NCBI GenBank assembly: GCA_037446695.1
Contig: JBBIHY010000001.1
Coordinates: forward strand, 323,026 to 387,025
Reading direction: 5' to 3'
DNA: 64,000 nucleotides
Source: Bacteroidota bacterium
GTDB lineage: Bacteria; Bacteroidota; Bacteroidia; Bacteroidales; PUMT01
Shown here one piece after another: positions 29,679 to 39,420 of the stretch (the stretch's first letter is position 1; every line of letters begins with the position of its first letter). The translations under genes and the position numbers were made by a program. The notes below the pieces were generated by a model. The model was given only the letters and a program-made list of their open reading frames with translations, made no database searches and had not been told where the DNA came from.

Positions 29679-30617
29679 ATGGCTGAGAAAACCCCTTTGA
29701 AATTTTTTACCGGCACATCGAGCCGGTACCTTGCTGAAAAAATTGCGAGCAGCTTTGGTACTGATTTGGGAAAATCTTCCCTCACTGTTTTCAGCGACGG
29801 GGAATTTCAGCCATCGTTCGAAGAATCAGTAAGGGGTAGCCTTGTATTTATCATTCAATCTACATTTCCTCCTTCCGATAATTTGTTTGAACTATTATTG
29901 ATGATTGATGCTGCCAAAAGAGCTTCGGCTTATAAGGTGATTGCTGTAATCCCATATATGGGATATGCAAGGCAGGACAGAAAAGATAAACCAAGGGTTT
30001 CCATAGGTGCAAAACTTGTGGCCGATTTGCTATCCTCGGCAGGTGTTTCCAGGATCATGACGATGGATTTACATGCCGATCAGATACAGGGATTTTTTGA
30101 TGTGCCCGTGGATCATCTTTATGCCTCTTCCATATTTGTTCCCTACATCAAAGATTTGAATCTCGAGAACCTTGTTGTTGCAGCACCAGATATGGGCGGT
30201 ACCAAAAGGGCAAATGCCTATTCAAGATTTCTGAATTGCGACATGGTAATATGCTACAAACTGAGGAAAAAGGCCAACTATGTGGATGAGATTACCATTA
30301 TTGGAGATGTGGCTGACAAGAATGTGGTTATTGTGGACGATATGATTGATACTGCGGGTACAATGAGCCTGGCTGCGGAACTTATGATTAACCAGGGTGC
30401 CAAAAGTGTGAGAGCAGTTGCTACACACCCCGTCTTATCGGGTTCGGCATACGAGAGAATTGAAAATTCCCACCTGGCAGAGCTTATTGTTACTGATACA
30501 ATCCCCTTGAAGCAGCAAACCAATAAAATTAAAGTTCTTACCGTAGCTGACATTTTTGCCGATGTAATCAAGAAAGTTTATAATTATCAGTCGATAAGTT
30601 CCACTTTTATTGTTTAA
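29679..30617 (+). CDS. prs: ribose-phosphate pyrophosphokinase
   Basis: 312 aa with YMGYARQDRK, the PRPP loop VVIVDDMIDTAGT, and THPVLSG. Confidence 0.95.
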   Translation: MAEKTPLKFFTGTSSRYLAEKIASSFGTDLGKSSLTVFSDGEFQPSFEESVRGSLVFIIQSTFPPSDNLFELLLMIDAAKRASAYKVIAVIPYMGYARQDRKDKPRVSIGAKLVADLLSSAGVSRIMTMDLHADQIQGFFDVPVDHLYASSIFVPYIKDLNLENLVVAAPDMGGTKRANAYSRFLNCDMVICYKLRKKANYVDEITIIGDVADKNVVIVDDMIDTAGTMSLAAELMINQGAKSVRAVATHPVLSGSAYERIENSHLAELIVTDTIPLKQQTNKIKVLTVADIFADVIKKVYNYQSISSTFIV

Positions 30618-30623
30618 AAGTTT

Positions 30624-30631
30624 TATATTTG
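30624..30631 (+). promoter_or_regulatory. candidate -7 promoter box (TATATTTG) for rplY, leaving a ~90-nt leader
   Basis: Matches TAnnTTTG. The ATG of rplY is at 30725. Confidence 0.45.
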
Positions 30632-30724
30632 CACGTTTTTTCGGAAACACAGATAATGGTGTAATGATGTTTCCCTCTTGTGGAAACCTAGTAGCACTGA
30701 TTATTAACAGTTAAAAATCAATCA

Positions 30725-31354
30725 ATGAAATCACTTGAGATTAAGTGTAACCTCAGAAAAAGTTTAGGTAAAAAAGACTCAAAGAAATTAAGATCACAGG
30801 AAAAAGTTCCCTGTGTATTATACGGTGGTGGAGAGAATGTGCACTTTTGGGCACTTGAGAAAGACTTTCGCGGCCTGGTTTATACCCCCAATGTATACCT
30901 GGTGGATTTAAACATTGATGGGAATGTTCATCATGCTATTTTGCAGGATATTCAGTTTCACCCGGTCAGTGACAGGATTCAGCACATAGATTTTATTCAG
31001 ATTTCTCCTGACAAGAAGGTAGCCATGGATATTCCTGTTCAACTGAATGGTGTTCCAGTTGGTGTAAAAGAAGGGGGAAAGCTGATGATCGCTATGAGGA
31101 AGTTAAAGGTTAGAGCGTTTCCAAAAAATTTACCTGATATTCTGGAGATTGATGTAACGAATATTGGCCTGGGTAAAACTATCAAAATTGGGGATGTGGA
31201 CTTCCCGAATATCGAAATGCTGGATCCCAAAAACTCTGTTATTGCATCAGTGAGGCTGACAAGGGCTGCACGCGGTGCTGCAAGTGAAGAAGAAGCTGCT
31301 GCTGAGGGTGCTGGTGAAGAAAAACCAGCAGAAGAGGCCGGCAAGGAAGAATAG
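30725..31354 (+). CDS. rplY: 50S ribosomal protein L25 / general stress protein Ctc
   Basis: 209 aa with an L25/Ctc N-terminal domain (GKKDSKKLRSQEKVPCVLYGGGENVHF) and an acidic Ala/Glu-rich tail. Confidence 0.92.
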   Translation: MKSLEIKCNLRKSLGKKDSKKLRSQEKVPCVLYGGGENVHFWALEKDFRGLVYTPNVYLVDLNIDGNVHHAILQDIQFHPVSDRIQHIDFIQISPDKKVAMDIPVQLNGVPVGVKEGGKLMIAMRKLKVRAFPKNLPDILEIDVTNIGLGKTIKIGDVDFPNIEMLDPKNSVIASVRLTRAARGAASEEEAAAEGAGEEKPAEEAGKEE

Positions 31355-31375
31355 TCAATATACTGAATGAATCAG

Positions 31376-31420
31376 CCCTCATCCCGTCCCAGTGTAATGG
31401 GATTAGGATGAGGGTTTTTT
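31376..31420 (+). terminator. rho-independent terminator of rplY
   Basis: CCCTCATCC (31376-31384) pairs with GGATGAGGG (31406-31414) and is followed by T6 (31415-31420). Confidence 0.85.
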
Positions 31421-31457
31421 AATTTTCAGGAGATGATTCGATAAGAACCATTTTTCA

Positions 31458-32021
31458 ATGAAATATCTGATTGCAGGACTGGGAAATATTGGGGCAGATT
31501 ATGTCAATACCAGGCATAATATTGGCTTTTATGTATTGGATACCCTTGCGGCCGGGCAGGGAATTTCATGGGAGGATAAACGCTATGCTTTTAAGGCAGA
31601 ATTCAGGTTTAAGGCAAGAAATTTCATTTTTATTAAGCCAACAACCTATATGAATCTAAGTGGCAGGGCGGTTAATTACTGGCTGCAAAAAGAAAGAATA
31701 CCCATAGAAAATCTCATGGTAATAACCGATGACATTGCATTACCTTTTGGTACTATCAGAATCAGGGCTAAAGGTAGCGACGGTGGTCATAATGGTTTGT
31801 ACAGCATTATTAATATTCTTGGGAACAATGAATTTTCACGGCTGAGGTTTGGAATAGGTGACGGGTTTCCCAAAGGCACACAGGTAAATTATGTTCTGGG
31901 AGAATGGTCTCCTGAGGAAAAAGAAAAATTACCTGAAAGGATTGAAAAGGTGATTGAAGCTGTAAAATGCTTTGGTACACTTGGGATTGAAAGGACAATG
32001 AATCTATACAACAACAAGTAA
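31458..32021 (+). CDS. pth: peptidyl-tRNA hydrolase
   Basis: 187 aa with LIAGLGNIGADYVNTRHNIGF and GSDGGHNGL blocks. Confidence 0.95.
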   Translation: MKYLIAGLGNIGADYVNTRHNIGFYVLDTLAAGQGISWEDKRYAFKAEFRFKARNFIFIKPTTYMNLSGRAVNYWLQKERIPIENLMVITDDIALPFGTIRIRAKGSDGGHNGLYSIINILGNNEFSRLRFGIGDGFPKGTQVNYVLGEWSPEEKEKLPERIEKVIEAVKCFGTLGIERTMNLYNNK

Positions 32022-32087
32022 AAATGCCAGGGAATTGCCTTACACGTTCTTGCCTTTTTTAAAAGGATTTTATTAAAAAGCAATTGA

Positions 32088-33368
32088 ATGAAGAAAAAAA
32101 CACTGGCAATAATCGTTGTTTTTTCGGCTGTGGCACTTATCAGCCTGGTTATCATTCAGCTTTTCTGGATTCTGAACGCCCTTGATCTGGCGGAGAAACA
32201 ATTCGACCACCGTGTGAACCTTGCTCTTTCCGAAACTATTTCTGAGATGGGACGAACCCTGCCCGGGGAGGACTGTTACCGGAAAAACCAAAGCAGGGAA
32301 GGTGAATGCCCGCTGTTTTATATTGTGGATCTCGAATTGCTTGATTCAGTGTTGTTAAAATATGTGAGTTATAATCAGCTCAATACCCCCTTTGATTACC
32401 GAATTGTAAAAACTGCAACAGACTCGGTTGTATACCAGAGTCGGAAAAATCTGTCTTCGGGTGATTTTAAACCATACAAAGCCTGTCTTTCCTGCCTTTT
32501 CCAGGAGGAGATTTTCCATATTGAGTTGCAGTTCCCGTTTAAGAAACGCTATCTTTTGTTAGAAATGGGGATTTGGCTACTGGCCTCCCTTCTCTTTCTT
32601 CTGGTTGTAATTGCAGGGTTTTCAATGATAGTTTATCATACACTGCGACAGAAGAAAATTGAACAAATGAAGGATGATTTTCTGAATAATATGACCCATG
32701 AATTTCAAACTCCCATTTCAACAATATCCTTGGCCTCTGAAGTGCTGATTAAATCAGCAGAGAAGACCTCAAATGAAAAATTACTGCAATACGCAAAAAT
32801 CATTTACGATGAGAATTTCCGGTTACGGACTCATGTTGACAGGGTTCTGCAACTTGCATCCCTGGAGAGCGGGGAGTTGATAATTGAAAAAAACCAATTG
32901 GATTTGCACCAGGTTGTGAAGGATAGCATCAGGAGGCTTTGCCTGGACCATTGCGAAAAGGAAGTTGAAATACAGTATGAATTGAATGCTTCACCCCCGA
33001 TGATTGTAGCAGATGTTTTGCATCTGACCAATATAGTTACAAACATTGTGGATAATGCCGTAAAATATTCAGGTGAAAAACCGGAAATCCGGGTTGCAAC
33101 CACGAACGAAAATAATGGTATATTGTTATCATTCACCGATAATGGCACCGGAATACCTCCCGCACGAAAGAAATTAATATTTGAAAAATTCAGCCGTTTA
33201 ACAAAGGGTAATAAACACGATGTAAAAGGATTTGGAATAGGACTTTTTTATGTTAAAACAATGGTGGAAGCTCATGGTGGCTGGATTGATGTTGACAGCA
33301 CTCCCGGAAAGGGAAGTTGTTTTGAAATATTTTTGCCCTATCATGCAGGGGATAATGAAAAAATATGA
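32088..33368 (+). CDS. sensor histidine kinase
   Basis: 426 aa with two TM segments, H-box FLNNMTHEFQTPIS, N-box NIVDNAVKYS, and G-boxes DNGTGIP and GFGIGL. Confidence 0.9.
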   Translation: MKKKTLAIIVVFSAVALISLVIIQLFWILNALDLAEKQFDHRVNLALSETISEMGRTLPGEDCYRKNQSREGECPLFYIVDLELLDSVLLKYVSYNQLNTPFDYRIVKTATDSVVYQSRKNLSSGDFKPYKACLSCLFQEEIFHIELQFPFKKRYLLLEMGIWLLASLLFLLVVIAGFSMIVYHTLRQKKIEQMKDDFLNNMTHEFQTPISTISLASEVLIKSAEKTSNEKLLQYAKIIYDENFRLRTHVDRVLQLASLESGELIIEKNQLDLHQVVKDSIRRLCLDHCEKEVEIQYELNASPPMIVADVLHLTNIVTNIVDNAVKYSGEKPEIRVATTNENNGILLSFTDNGTGIPPARKKLIFEKFSRLTKGNKHDVKGFGIGLFYVKTMVEAHGGWIDVDSTPGKGSCFEIFLPYHAGDNEKI

Positions 33369-34069
33369 GAAGGGAATACTCAGGTATATTGCTTGTTGAA
33401 GACGATAAAAACCTTGGCCTTGTTTTAAAGGATTTTCTTACCCTCTCCGGGTTTGAGGTTACTCTGGCAACAGATGGTCAGAAAGGTCTTGCAGCTTTCA
33501 ACGAAGGTGTTTTTGACCTTTGTATTGTGGATATTATGTTGCCTTTCAGAGATGGGTTTGCCCTGGTACACGATATCAGGAAGAAAGATGAAAATATTCC
33601 GGTAATTTTTCTAACCGCCCGGAAAATGGACGAAGACCGCATAAGGGGATTCAGGCTGGGGGCAGATGACTATGTAACAAAACCATTTTCAACTGAGGAG
33701 CTATTGCTGAGGATTAAAGCAATTCTGAAGCGTACACAAAAAAATTTTACCGGCCAGGAGGAATGTAAATTTGAAATTGGCGGGTTTCATTTTGATTATG
33801 GGAACAGGCTATTATCCTTTCAGAGGGGAGAGTTTCAGCTCACGCAGCGTGAGGCTGAAGTGCTTCAGGTACTCTGTATTCACCGAAATAAACTGGTGAA
33901 ACGAGAGACACTATTGAAAAAAATCTGGGGCACTGATGATTATTTTGCTGGCAGAAGCCTGGATGTGTATATCACAAAACTCAGAAAATACCTGAAGGAA
34001 GATGCCGGGGTAATGCTCATAAATATCCATGGTACCGGATATAAACTTGAAACACAGAGCAAAGAATAA
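33365..34069 (+). CDS. OmpR-family response regulator transcription factor
   Basis: 234 aa with a receiver domain (ILLVEDD, DLCIVDIMLP, the conserved Lys in VTKPF) and a winged-helix output domain (LTQREAEVLQVL...GTGYKL). It has a 4-nt ATGA overlap with the kinase gene. Confidence 0.92.
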   Translation: MRREYSGILLVEDDKNLGLVLKDFLTLSGFEVTLATDGQKGLAAFNEGVFDLCIVDIMLPFRDGFALVHDIRKKDENIPVIFLTARKMDEDRIRGFRLGADDYVTKPFSTEELLLRIKAILKRTQKNFTGQEECKFEIGGFHFDYGNRLLSFQRGEFQLTQREAEVLQVLCIHRNKLVKRETLLKKIWGTDDYFAGRSLDVYITKLRKYLKEDAGVMLINIHGTGYKLETQSKE

Positions 34070-34075
34070 ATTCAA

Positions 34076-34468
34076 TTGCGAACTATGGAATCAAGGGATG
34101 CAAGAATAGACAAGTACCTGTGGACGGTTCGTATTTACAAGACAAGGAGCCAGGCAGCCGAAGCCTGTAAAAAAGGGAAGGTGCTGATAGCGGAAATTCC
34201 TGTTAAACCCTCGCGCATTGTAAAACCGGGAGACATAATCATCGTAAGAAAACTTCCTGTTATTCATACTTACAGGGTAAAGGAACTTTTGGACAGGCGC
34301 GTATCGGCCAGGCTTGTTGCAGATTATCTGGAGGACCTCACACCTGAAGAAGAACTTGATAAATTGAAAAAGGACCATATAACCATTGTATTTCGCAGAG
34401 ACAGGGGTGCCGGAAGACCTACCAAAAAAGAAAGGCGGAGGATAGATAAACTGAAGGATAAAATTTGA
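34076..34468 (+). CDS. hslR: S4-domain RNA-binding protein (Hsp15-like)
   Basis: About 127-130 aa with RIDKYLWTVRIYKTRSQAAEACKKGKV (S4 motif) and a basic tail. The start may be 34085. Confidence 0.8.
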   Translation: MRTMESRDARIDKYLWTVRIYKTRSQAAEACKKGKVLIAEIPVKPSRIVKPGDIIIVRKLPVIHTYRVKELLDRRVSARLVADYLEDLTPEEELDKLKKDHITIVFRRDRGAGRPTKKERRRIDKLKDKI

Positions 34469-34481
34469 ATTTTGATCTGTT

Positions 34482-35021
34482 ATGCTGATTGCGCAGGAAA
34501 AAAGAAAAACCAATATAGCTGAATATATCCTTTACATGTGGCAATTGGAGGATGTGCTGAGGGCACTGAATTTTGATTCTGAAAAAATCCGGAAAACCCT
34601 GGTTGAAAAGTATAATGAATCACCTGAAATACTGGAGGAAATTCATGCCTGGTATATGAACCTTGTTTCTATTATGAAAAATGAGAAGGTGACTGAGAAA
34701 GGTCACATTCAGATTCTGAGCATTATCGTAAACGACTTAAACCGCTTTCACCTGGGTCTTCTTCAGCAACCACAGCAAACTGATTATATTCTCTCCTTTC
34801 AGAAGGCGTTTCCTCTTATTCAGGAATTAAAGGCAAAGCAGGGCGGAACAATTGAAAATATTCCCGAAATCTGCCTGAATGGTTTGTACGGACTTCTGCT
34901 GCTCAGGTTGCAGAAAAGAGAGGTTTCAGAATCTACTGAAAAATCGATGCAGGTAATTGCCGCGTTTATGGCAAAACTATCGGCAATGTACCTGCAAAAT
35001 GAGAAGGGGGAACCCGACTAG
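34482..35021 (+). CDS. DUF4924 family protein
   Basis: 179 aa. The N-terminal NIAEYILYMWQLEDVLRA block is what I recall for DUF4924 of Bacteroidota. Confidence 0.55.
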   Translation: MLIAQEKRKTNIAEYILYMWQLEDVLRALNFDSEKIRKTLVEKYNESPEILEEIHAWYMNLVSIMKNEKVTEKGHIQILSIIVNDLNRFHLGLLQQPQQTDYILSFQKAFPLIQELKAKQGGTIENIPEICLNGLYGLLLLRLQKREVSESTEKSMQVIAAFMAKLSAMYLQNEKGEPD

Positions 35022-35908
35022 AACTTATAGGAAAAACCAAGCCCAATCAACTGTTTAAACTGAATTTTAGGCCATTGTTTGTCCGCTGTTCCATCGCCTG
35101 TTGTATCCACATCAAATAATATGTCCTCGTCGTAAATGAGCTGGGTAAAGATATTGCCAGAAATATATTTATTGATTTTCAGAAGCAACTGGGTATCCCA
35201 GTTTACATCCCAGTTCTTTGGTTTGTTGAGGTAGTTGGAAAATAAATCCAGTTTTGTTTGCAGTGTTACATTTTCAAATATTTCACTTTTGAATACTGCC
35301 TTAAAGAACCCTCCGAACTCACTTTTACTGTTTTTGCCGTGTTCAACTCCAAAAGCTCCCTTGTCTGAAAGAAACCGGTCCATCACAAAGGTTGTTTTTC
35401 CAGTCACCGGTGATAAGAAATAGGTAAACTTATCATTTGGCTGGTAATCCATACCCAATGATATAACCAGGTAACCCGGTGAAAGAAAATTGGAGATAAT
35501 CTCTGCGTGGGCAGGTTTTGCGTAACCCGGAGCAAACTGTGTCCGGAAACTTAAAAGACCGGTATAGAGCCATTTCTCAGAGGCTCTGCGCCCAAATTTC
35601 GATGTAAAGTCAATTTTATCATCACTCTTGATGGACCTTTGTCCCTCCTGGTCAAGGATTCCATAAGCAAGATCTAGGTTATTTTCCCAGCTCAGGTTTT
35701 CTTTTTTGTAATTCGCCTGTAAATTCAGAAATGAATTATATGAAATTGAATTGATTCCACCAGCCGACCAGTTTTTAAAAGAAACCTGGGAAACATTGAG
35801 CGATACCATACCTTTTAAATCCCACTTTTTTGCAATACTATCTGTTTCCTGTGCAAAGATTGAATACGAGAGAATCAATCCAAACAAAATCAAAATTAAA
35901 TTTTTCAT
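35018..35908 (-). CDS. DUF3078 domain outer-membrane protein
   Basis: 296 aa with a signal peptide. LNVSQVSFKNWSAGGINS is the hallmark DUF3078 block, and the C-terminus ends in an aromatic residue (...GFSYKF). Confidence 0.7.
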   Translation of the reverse strand: MKNLILILFGLILSYSIFAQETDSIAKKWDLKGMVSLNVSQVSFKNWSAGGINSISYNSFLNLQANYKKENLSWENNLDLAYGILDQEGQRSIKSDDKIDFTSKFGRRASEKWLYTGLLSFRTQFAPGYAKPAHAEIISNFLSPGYLVISLGMDYQPNDKFTYFLSPVTGKTTFVMDRFLSDKGAFGVEHGKNSKSEFGGFFKAVFKSEIFENVTLQTKLDLFSNYLNKPKNWDVNWDTQLLLKINKYISGNIFTQLIYDEDILFDVDTTGDGTADKQWPKIQFKQLIGLGFSYKF

Positions 35909-35934
35909 AGTGTTTGTTTAGTTAGTGAAAATTT

Positions 35935-36849
35935 TTAAAGTATAAAGCTTTTCTGGTTTGCATCATCAGGTAAAAAGCAACGTTCTCTTTTTCCAAACCA
36001 TTTTATCCTTCTTTTGGCAATAAAATTGTAAAGACAGTCTCTTAAAAACCAAGGGACAATAAAAAAAATTGCCATAAGTGGCCATAATCCCGATAACCTG
36101 ACAGCAATTTGCAGGGCAGCACCGGATGATTTATAAACTTTGTTTCTGTTAAACAATATCACTGAATCGGAATAACCTTCGGGGAGTTGAAAATGCCTGA
36201 AAACCTGCTTTGAAAACTCTGAACTTAACGGAGAAAACAGAAATTTTTTCTTTTTGTCCCGCTTCATGATGAACTGAACTGACCGTGAGCAAAGGTTACA
36301 AAAGCCATCATATAAAACAACGGGGTGCATAACTGATCCTATTTTAGGTGGTATAATTTCAAACAATTCAGCCTGAAAATCCCCTGAGTGCTTTTGCTCG
36401 TGTTCGATCAGCCACTTTTTTCTCCAGAGCTCCCCCCTGAAGCCGACCAGTCTTCCGGTTTTACCAATGGCCCTGTGGCATGGAATGATTATTGGCACAG
36501 GGTTTCCGGCACAAGCGGTACCAACCGCCCTCGATTTTAACAGGCTTCCTGACTTTATTGCCAGTTCGGAATAAGTGGTGGTTTGCCCGTAAGGGATTTG
36601 TCGCAGGCTTTCCCAAATCTCCTTCTGAAAATTTGTTGGTGTCAAATCCAGAGGTACAGAAAACTCTTTGCGTTCACCGCTGAAATATTCAGACAGTTGT
36701 TTTATACACTCTCTTATGTGCTGGTTTTCATGAAGTTTCCCCGGTGTGAAATCCCTGAACTTTATGGAAGAAATTCCATTTGGTGTTGCCCTTATCTCAA
36801 GAATGCCAATAAACGAGGGGTAGCAACCTGCAAAATCTTCAGAATCCAT
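35935..36849 (-). CDS. ogt: fusion protein: methylated-DNA-protein-cysteine methyltransferase (Ogt) + DCC-family thiol-disulfide oxidoreductase (DUF393)
   Basis: Residues ~1-165 carry Ogt blocks (YGQTTTYSELA, NPVPIIIPCHRAIG with the PCHR active site). Residues ~185-304 carry the DCC motif VVLYDGFCNLCSRSVQFIMKRD. Confidence 0.75.
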   Translation of the reverse strand: MDSEDFAGCYPSFIGILEIRATPNGISSIKFRDFTPGKLHENQHIRECIKQLSEYFSGERKEFSVPLDLTPTNFQKEIWESLRQIPYGQTTTYSELAIKSGSLLKSRAVGTACAGNPVPIIIPCHRAIGKTGRLVGFRGELWRKKWLIEHEQKHSGDFQAELFEIIPPKIGSVMHPVVLYDGFCNLCSRSVQFIMKRDKKKKFLFSPLSSEFSKQVFRHFQLPEGYSDSVILFNRNKVYKSSGAALQIAVRLSGLWPLMAIFFIVPWFLRDCLYNFIAKRRIKWFGKRERCFLPDDANQKSFIL

Positions 36850-36889
36850 GGCTCATTGTTTTAGGTGAAATATAATGTTCAATAAAAAT

Positions 36890-37765
36890 TTACTTTGCCT
36901 TCTTTTTGTAATCATTTAAACTTCTGAGAAACTCCTTTTTACCCAATTCAATCATTTCTTCGGCACGGTGATAGTCAAATGATCCACATGCATTTCTTGG
37001 AACTGATACAACAATATCTGGTTTGTATTGCTCCAAAAGGATGTCAGAAATCCGGATTTGCATCACCTCAATAATTTTATTTATGAAATTAAAATAGTTC
37101 AGTTTCTCTTCATGATTGTTCTGATTCTGAAAGAAATTCTGAATTTTTACTTTTAACTGATCCCAGTAGTTCCCATTTTGCGGAGGAATGTTTGGTACAG
37201 CTTTTTTCATTATTTTGCCCGGAGGTGAATTTAAGTCCACCACCATAAGTAGGTCTTCCTTTTGGCGCTTTACAAGGTTTACCGGAAGTGGATTCAGTAC
37301 TCCCCCGTCAACAAGAAGTTTGCCATCTAATTCGTAGGGTGTGAGAATAGTTGGAATGGCAATAGATGCCCGGAGAGCTTCAAACAGGGGCCCGGCCGTA
37401 AATACAATTTCTTTATGATGCAGGATATCCGTTGCAACAGCAGCAAAGGGGATACTTAAATCTTCAATTAATTTGTCGTCAATAAAATGAGACATTTCCT
37501 GAAACACCCTGTCACCTTTAATTATTCCGTGCTGGGTGAATGTAAAATCCATCAGTTTAAACACATCAAATTTATCAAGTTCGCAAACCCACTTTTTGTA
37601 TTCCTCCAGCTTTCCCTGGGCATAAATTCCCCCAATGAGAGCACCAATGGAGGAACCCGCAATTGAGGAAATCTCAAAGTTTTTTGACAGCAATTCCTCA
37701 ATAACTCCAATGTGAGCCATTCCCCTTGCCCCTCCGCTCGATAATACAAGTGCAACCTTTTGCAT
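36890..37765 (-). CDS. patatin-like phospholipase
   Basis: 291 aa with the GGGARG oxyanion block (LSSGGARGMAHIG), GxSxG (GSSIGA) and the DGG catalytic Asp block (LVDGGVLNPLP). Confidence 0.88.
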   Translation of the reverse strand: MQKVALVLSSGGARGMAHIGVIEELLSKNFEISSIAGSSIGALIGGIYAQGKLEEYKKWVCELDKFDVFKLMDFTFTQHGIIKGDRVFQEMSHFIDDKLIEDLSIPFAAVATDILHHKEIVFTAGPLFEALRASIAIPTILTPYELDGKLLVDGGVLNPLPVNLVKRQKEDLLMVVDLNSPPGKIMKKAVPNIPPQNGNYWDQLKVKIQNFFQNQNNHEEKLNYFNFINKIIEVMQIRISDILLEQYKPDIVVSVPRNACGSFDYHRAEEMIELGKKEFLRSLNDYKKKAK

Positions 37766-37768
37766 GTA

Positions 37769-38284
37769 CTACTTTTTTATATGACAACCAATGACCTCTC
37801 CAATTGTAACCTGGTGAAAGTCGTTATTTGGATAATTCTTTTTTATCAGGGTCTCATCAATAAATGAAGCGGCATTCAGGTGATCAACATATAGCTTTTT
37901 ACACTCAATAAAAAGCCTGGCTTCTTCAAATGCAAAACAACCATTTTCAGTTTTGAAGGGCGTAAGACCGGTATTTGCAATTTTGTTAACATCTTTGCCG
38001 CTTTTAGTACCGCAAAAAGTGAGTTCGCTGCGGTATTTTTCACTGAAAAAAGAAAGACTGAAGACCTCAGATTGATTTATAAGCTGATAGGTATGCCTTT
38101 GTGGTCTTATAAAAATTATGGCCACAGGTTTGTTCCATAATATACCAAAACCACCCCAACTTGCCGTCATCATGTTAACCTCAGAATCATTTCCGGCTGA
38201 AATCAGCATCCAGTCATCGTCAAGTAAATGAAATATATTGTCTTTCAGTTTTTTAGGGTCAATTCTTAAAAAAATGTTTCTCAT
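37769..38284 (-). CDS. flavin reductase family protein (split-barrel FMN-binding)
   Basis: 171 aa. NMMTASWGGFGILWNKPVAIIFIRPQRHT is typical of flavin reductase-like domain proteins. Confidence 0.7.
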   Translation of the reverse strand: MRNIFLRIDPKKLKDNIFHLLDDDWMLISAGNDSEVNMMTASWGGFGILWNKPVAIIFIRPQRHTYQLINQSEVFSLSFFSEKYRSELTFCGTKSGKDVNKIANTGLTPFKTENGCFAFEEARLFIECKKLYVDHLNAASFIDETLIKKNYPNNDFHQVTIGEVIGCHIKK

Positions 38285-38432
38285 TGATGAGAAGGATAAT
38301 TGTATTTACATATGAGTAAAAATAAAAACTTTCCGGGTGATTACTTGCATTGAACCTGAATAACTTACAAACAATTAACACACACTGCCTATTGGCTTTT
38401 CTGAAAAACGCAAGCTGTTTTCCAAATCTTTT

Positions 38433-38440
38433 TATATTTG
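38433..38440 (+). promoter_or_regulatory. candidate -7 promoter box (TATATTTG) for the BASS transporter gene
   Basis: Matches TAnnTTTG and ends 34 nt before the ATG at 38475. Confidence 0.45.
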
Positions 38441-38474
38441 TTGTTTTTGTTACACTATAAATAATAACAACCTT

Positions 38475-39416
38475 ATGGAATTCTTACAGGTACTTGACGG
38501 AATAAGGCTGAACTTCAGCCCGGGCGGTTTGCTGTTCATGAATATTACCCTTGCATTCATTATGTTTGGCGTAGCTCTTGAAATTAAACCTGCCAGTTTT
38601 AAGGATGTTATTCTTAAGCCTAAATCTGCTTTGGTTGGCATTGCCTCACAGTTTTTTTTCCTGCCATTTCTTACTTTTTTACTGGTGCTTTTAATTAAAC
38701 CCACGCCCAGTGTTGCACTGGGTATGATTTTGGTTGCTGCCTGTCCCGGTGGAAATATTTCCAATTTCATTACACACCTGGCAAAAGGAAATACGGAATT
38801 GTCTATCAGTTTAACAGCATTTGCCACCATTACGGCCATATTTTTTACACCTTTCAACTTTGCCTTTTGGGGAAAAATGTACATGGGGGCTTCAAAACTT
38901 GTTATGCCTTTTACAATTGATCCTTACATGATGTTTCAGACAGTATTCATTCTTCTTGGGATTCCTTTGATATTAGGGTTACTGTTTGCATGGAAATTTC
39001 CTGTTCTAACAAAAAAGATTGTAAAACCCCTTAAAATATTTTCTATTCTGGCATTCCTTGGTTTTATTGCGGCTGCCTTTTCCTCCAATTTTGATTTTTT
39101 CCTGAAATATATCCATCTGATTTTCCTGCTGGTTCTTGCACACAATGCTTTGGCAATTTTAACTGGTTTCAGCCTGGGGACTTTTTTCAGATTACCCCGC
39201 AGGGACAGACGTTCCATTTCCATTGAGACCGGAATTCAGAATTCAGGACTTGCTCTGGTATTGATTTTCAACCCCAAACTGTTTGATGGTCTGGGGGGAA
39301 TGGCCTTTATTGCAGCCTGGTGGGGTATCTGGCACATACTTTCGGGCTTGTTCGTTGCATGGATATGGTCTCGTAAACCTATCTATGATCAAATTTCCGA
39401 CCCGGTTAAAGCCTGA
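38475..39416 (+). CDS. bile acid:sodium symporter (BASS) family transporter
   Basis: 313 aa, polytopic, with the ACPGGNISN signature. Confidence 0.85.
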   Translation: MEFLQVLDGIRLNFSPGGLLFMNITLAFIMFGVALEIKPASFKDVILKPKSALVGIASQFFFLPFLTFLLVLLIKPTPSVALGMILVAACPGGNISNFITHLAKGNTELSISLTAFATITAIFFTPFNFAFWGKMYMGASKLVMPFTIDPYMMFQTVFILLGIPLILGLLFAWKFPVLTKKIVKPLKIFSILAFLGFIAAAFSSNFDFFLKYIHLIFLLVLAHNALAILTGFSLGTFFRLPRRDRRSISIETGIQNSGLALVLIFNPKLFDGLGGMAFIAAWWGIWHILSGLFVAWIWSRKPIYDQISDPVKA

Positions 39417-39420
39417 GTAA

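Noticed and set aside
31285-31354. Repetitive GAA/GCT-rich stretch at the 3' end of rplY
   Set aside because: It encodes the usual acidic Ala/Glu-rich C-terminal tail of Ctc-type L25, which is a low-complexity coding region rather than a repeat element.
35018-35021. CTAG tetranucleotide providing the stop codons of both convergent genes (DUF4924 and DUF3078); similarly, back-to-back stops at 16167-16172
   Set aside because: This is a trivial consequence of tight convergent packing, not a regulatory feature.
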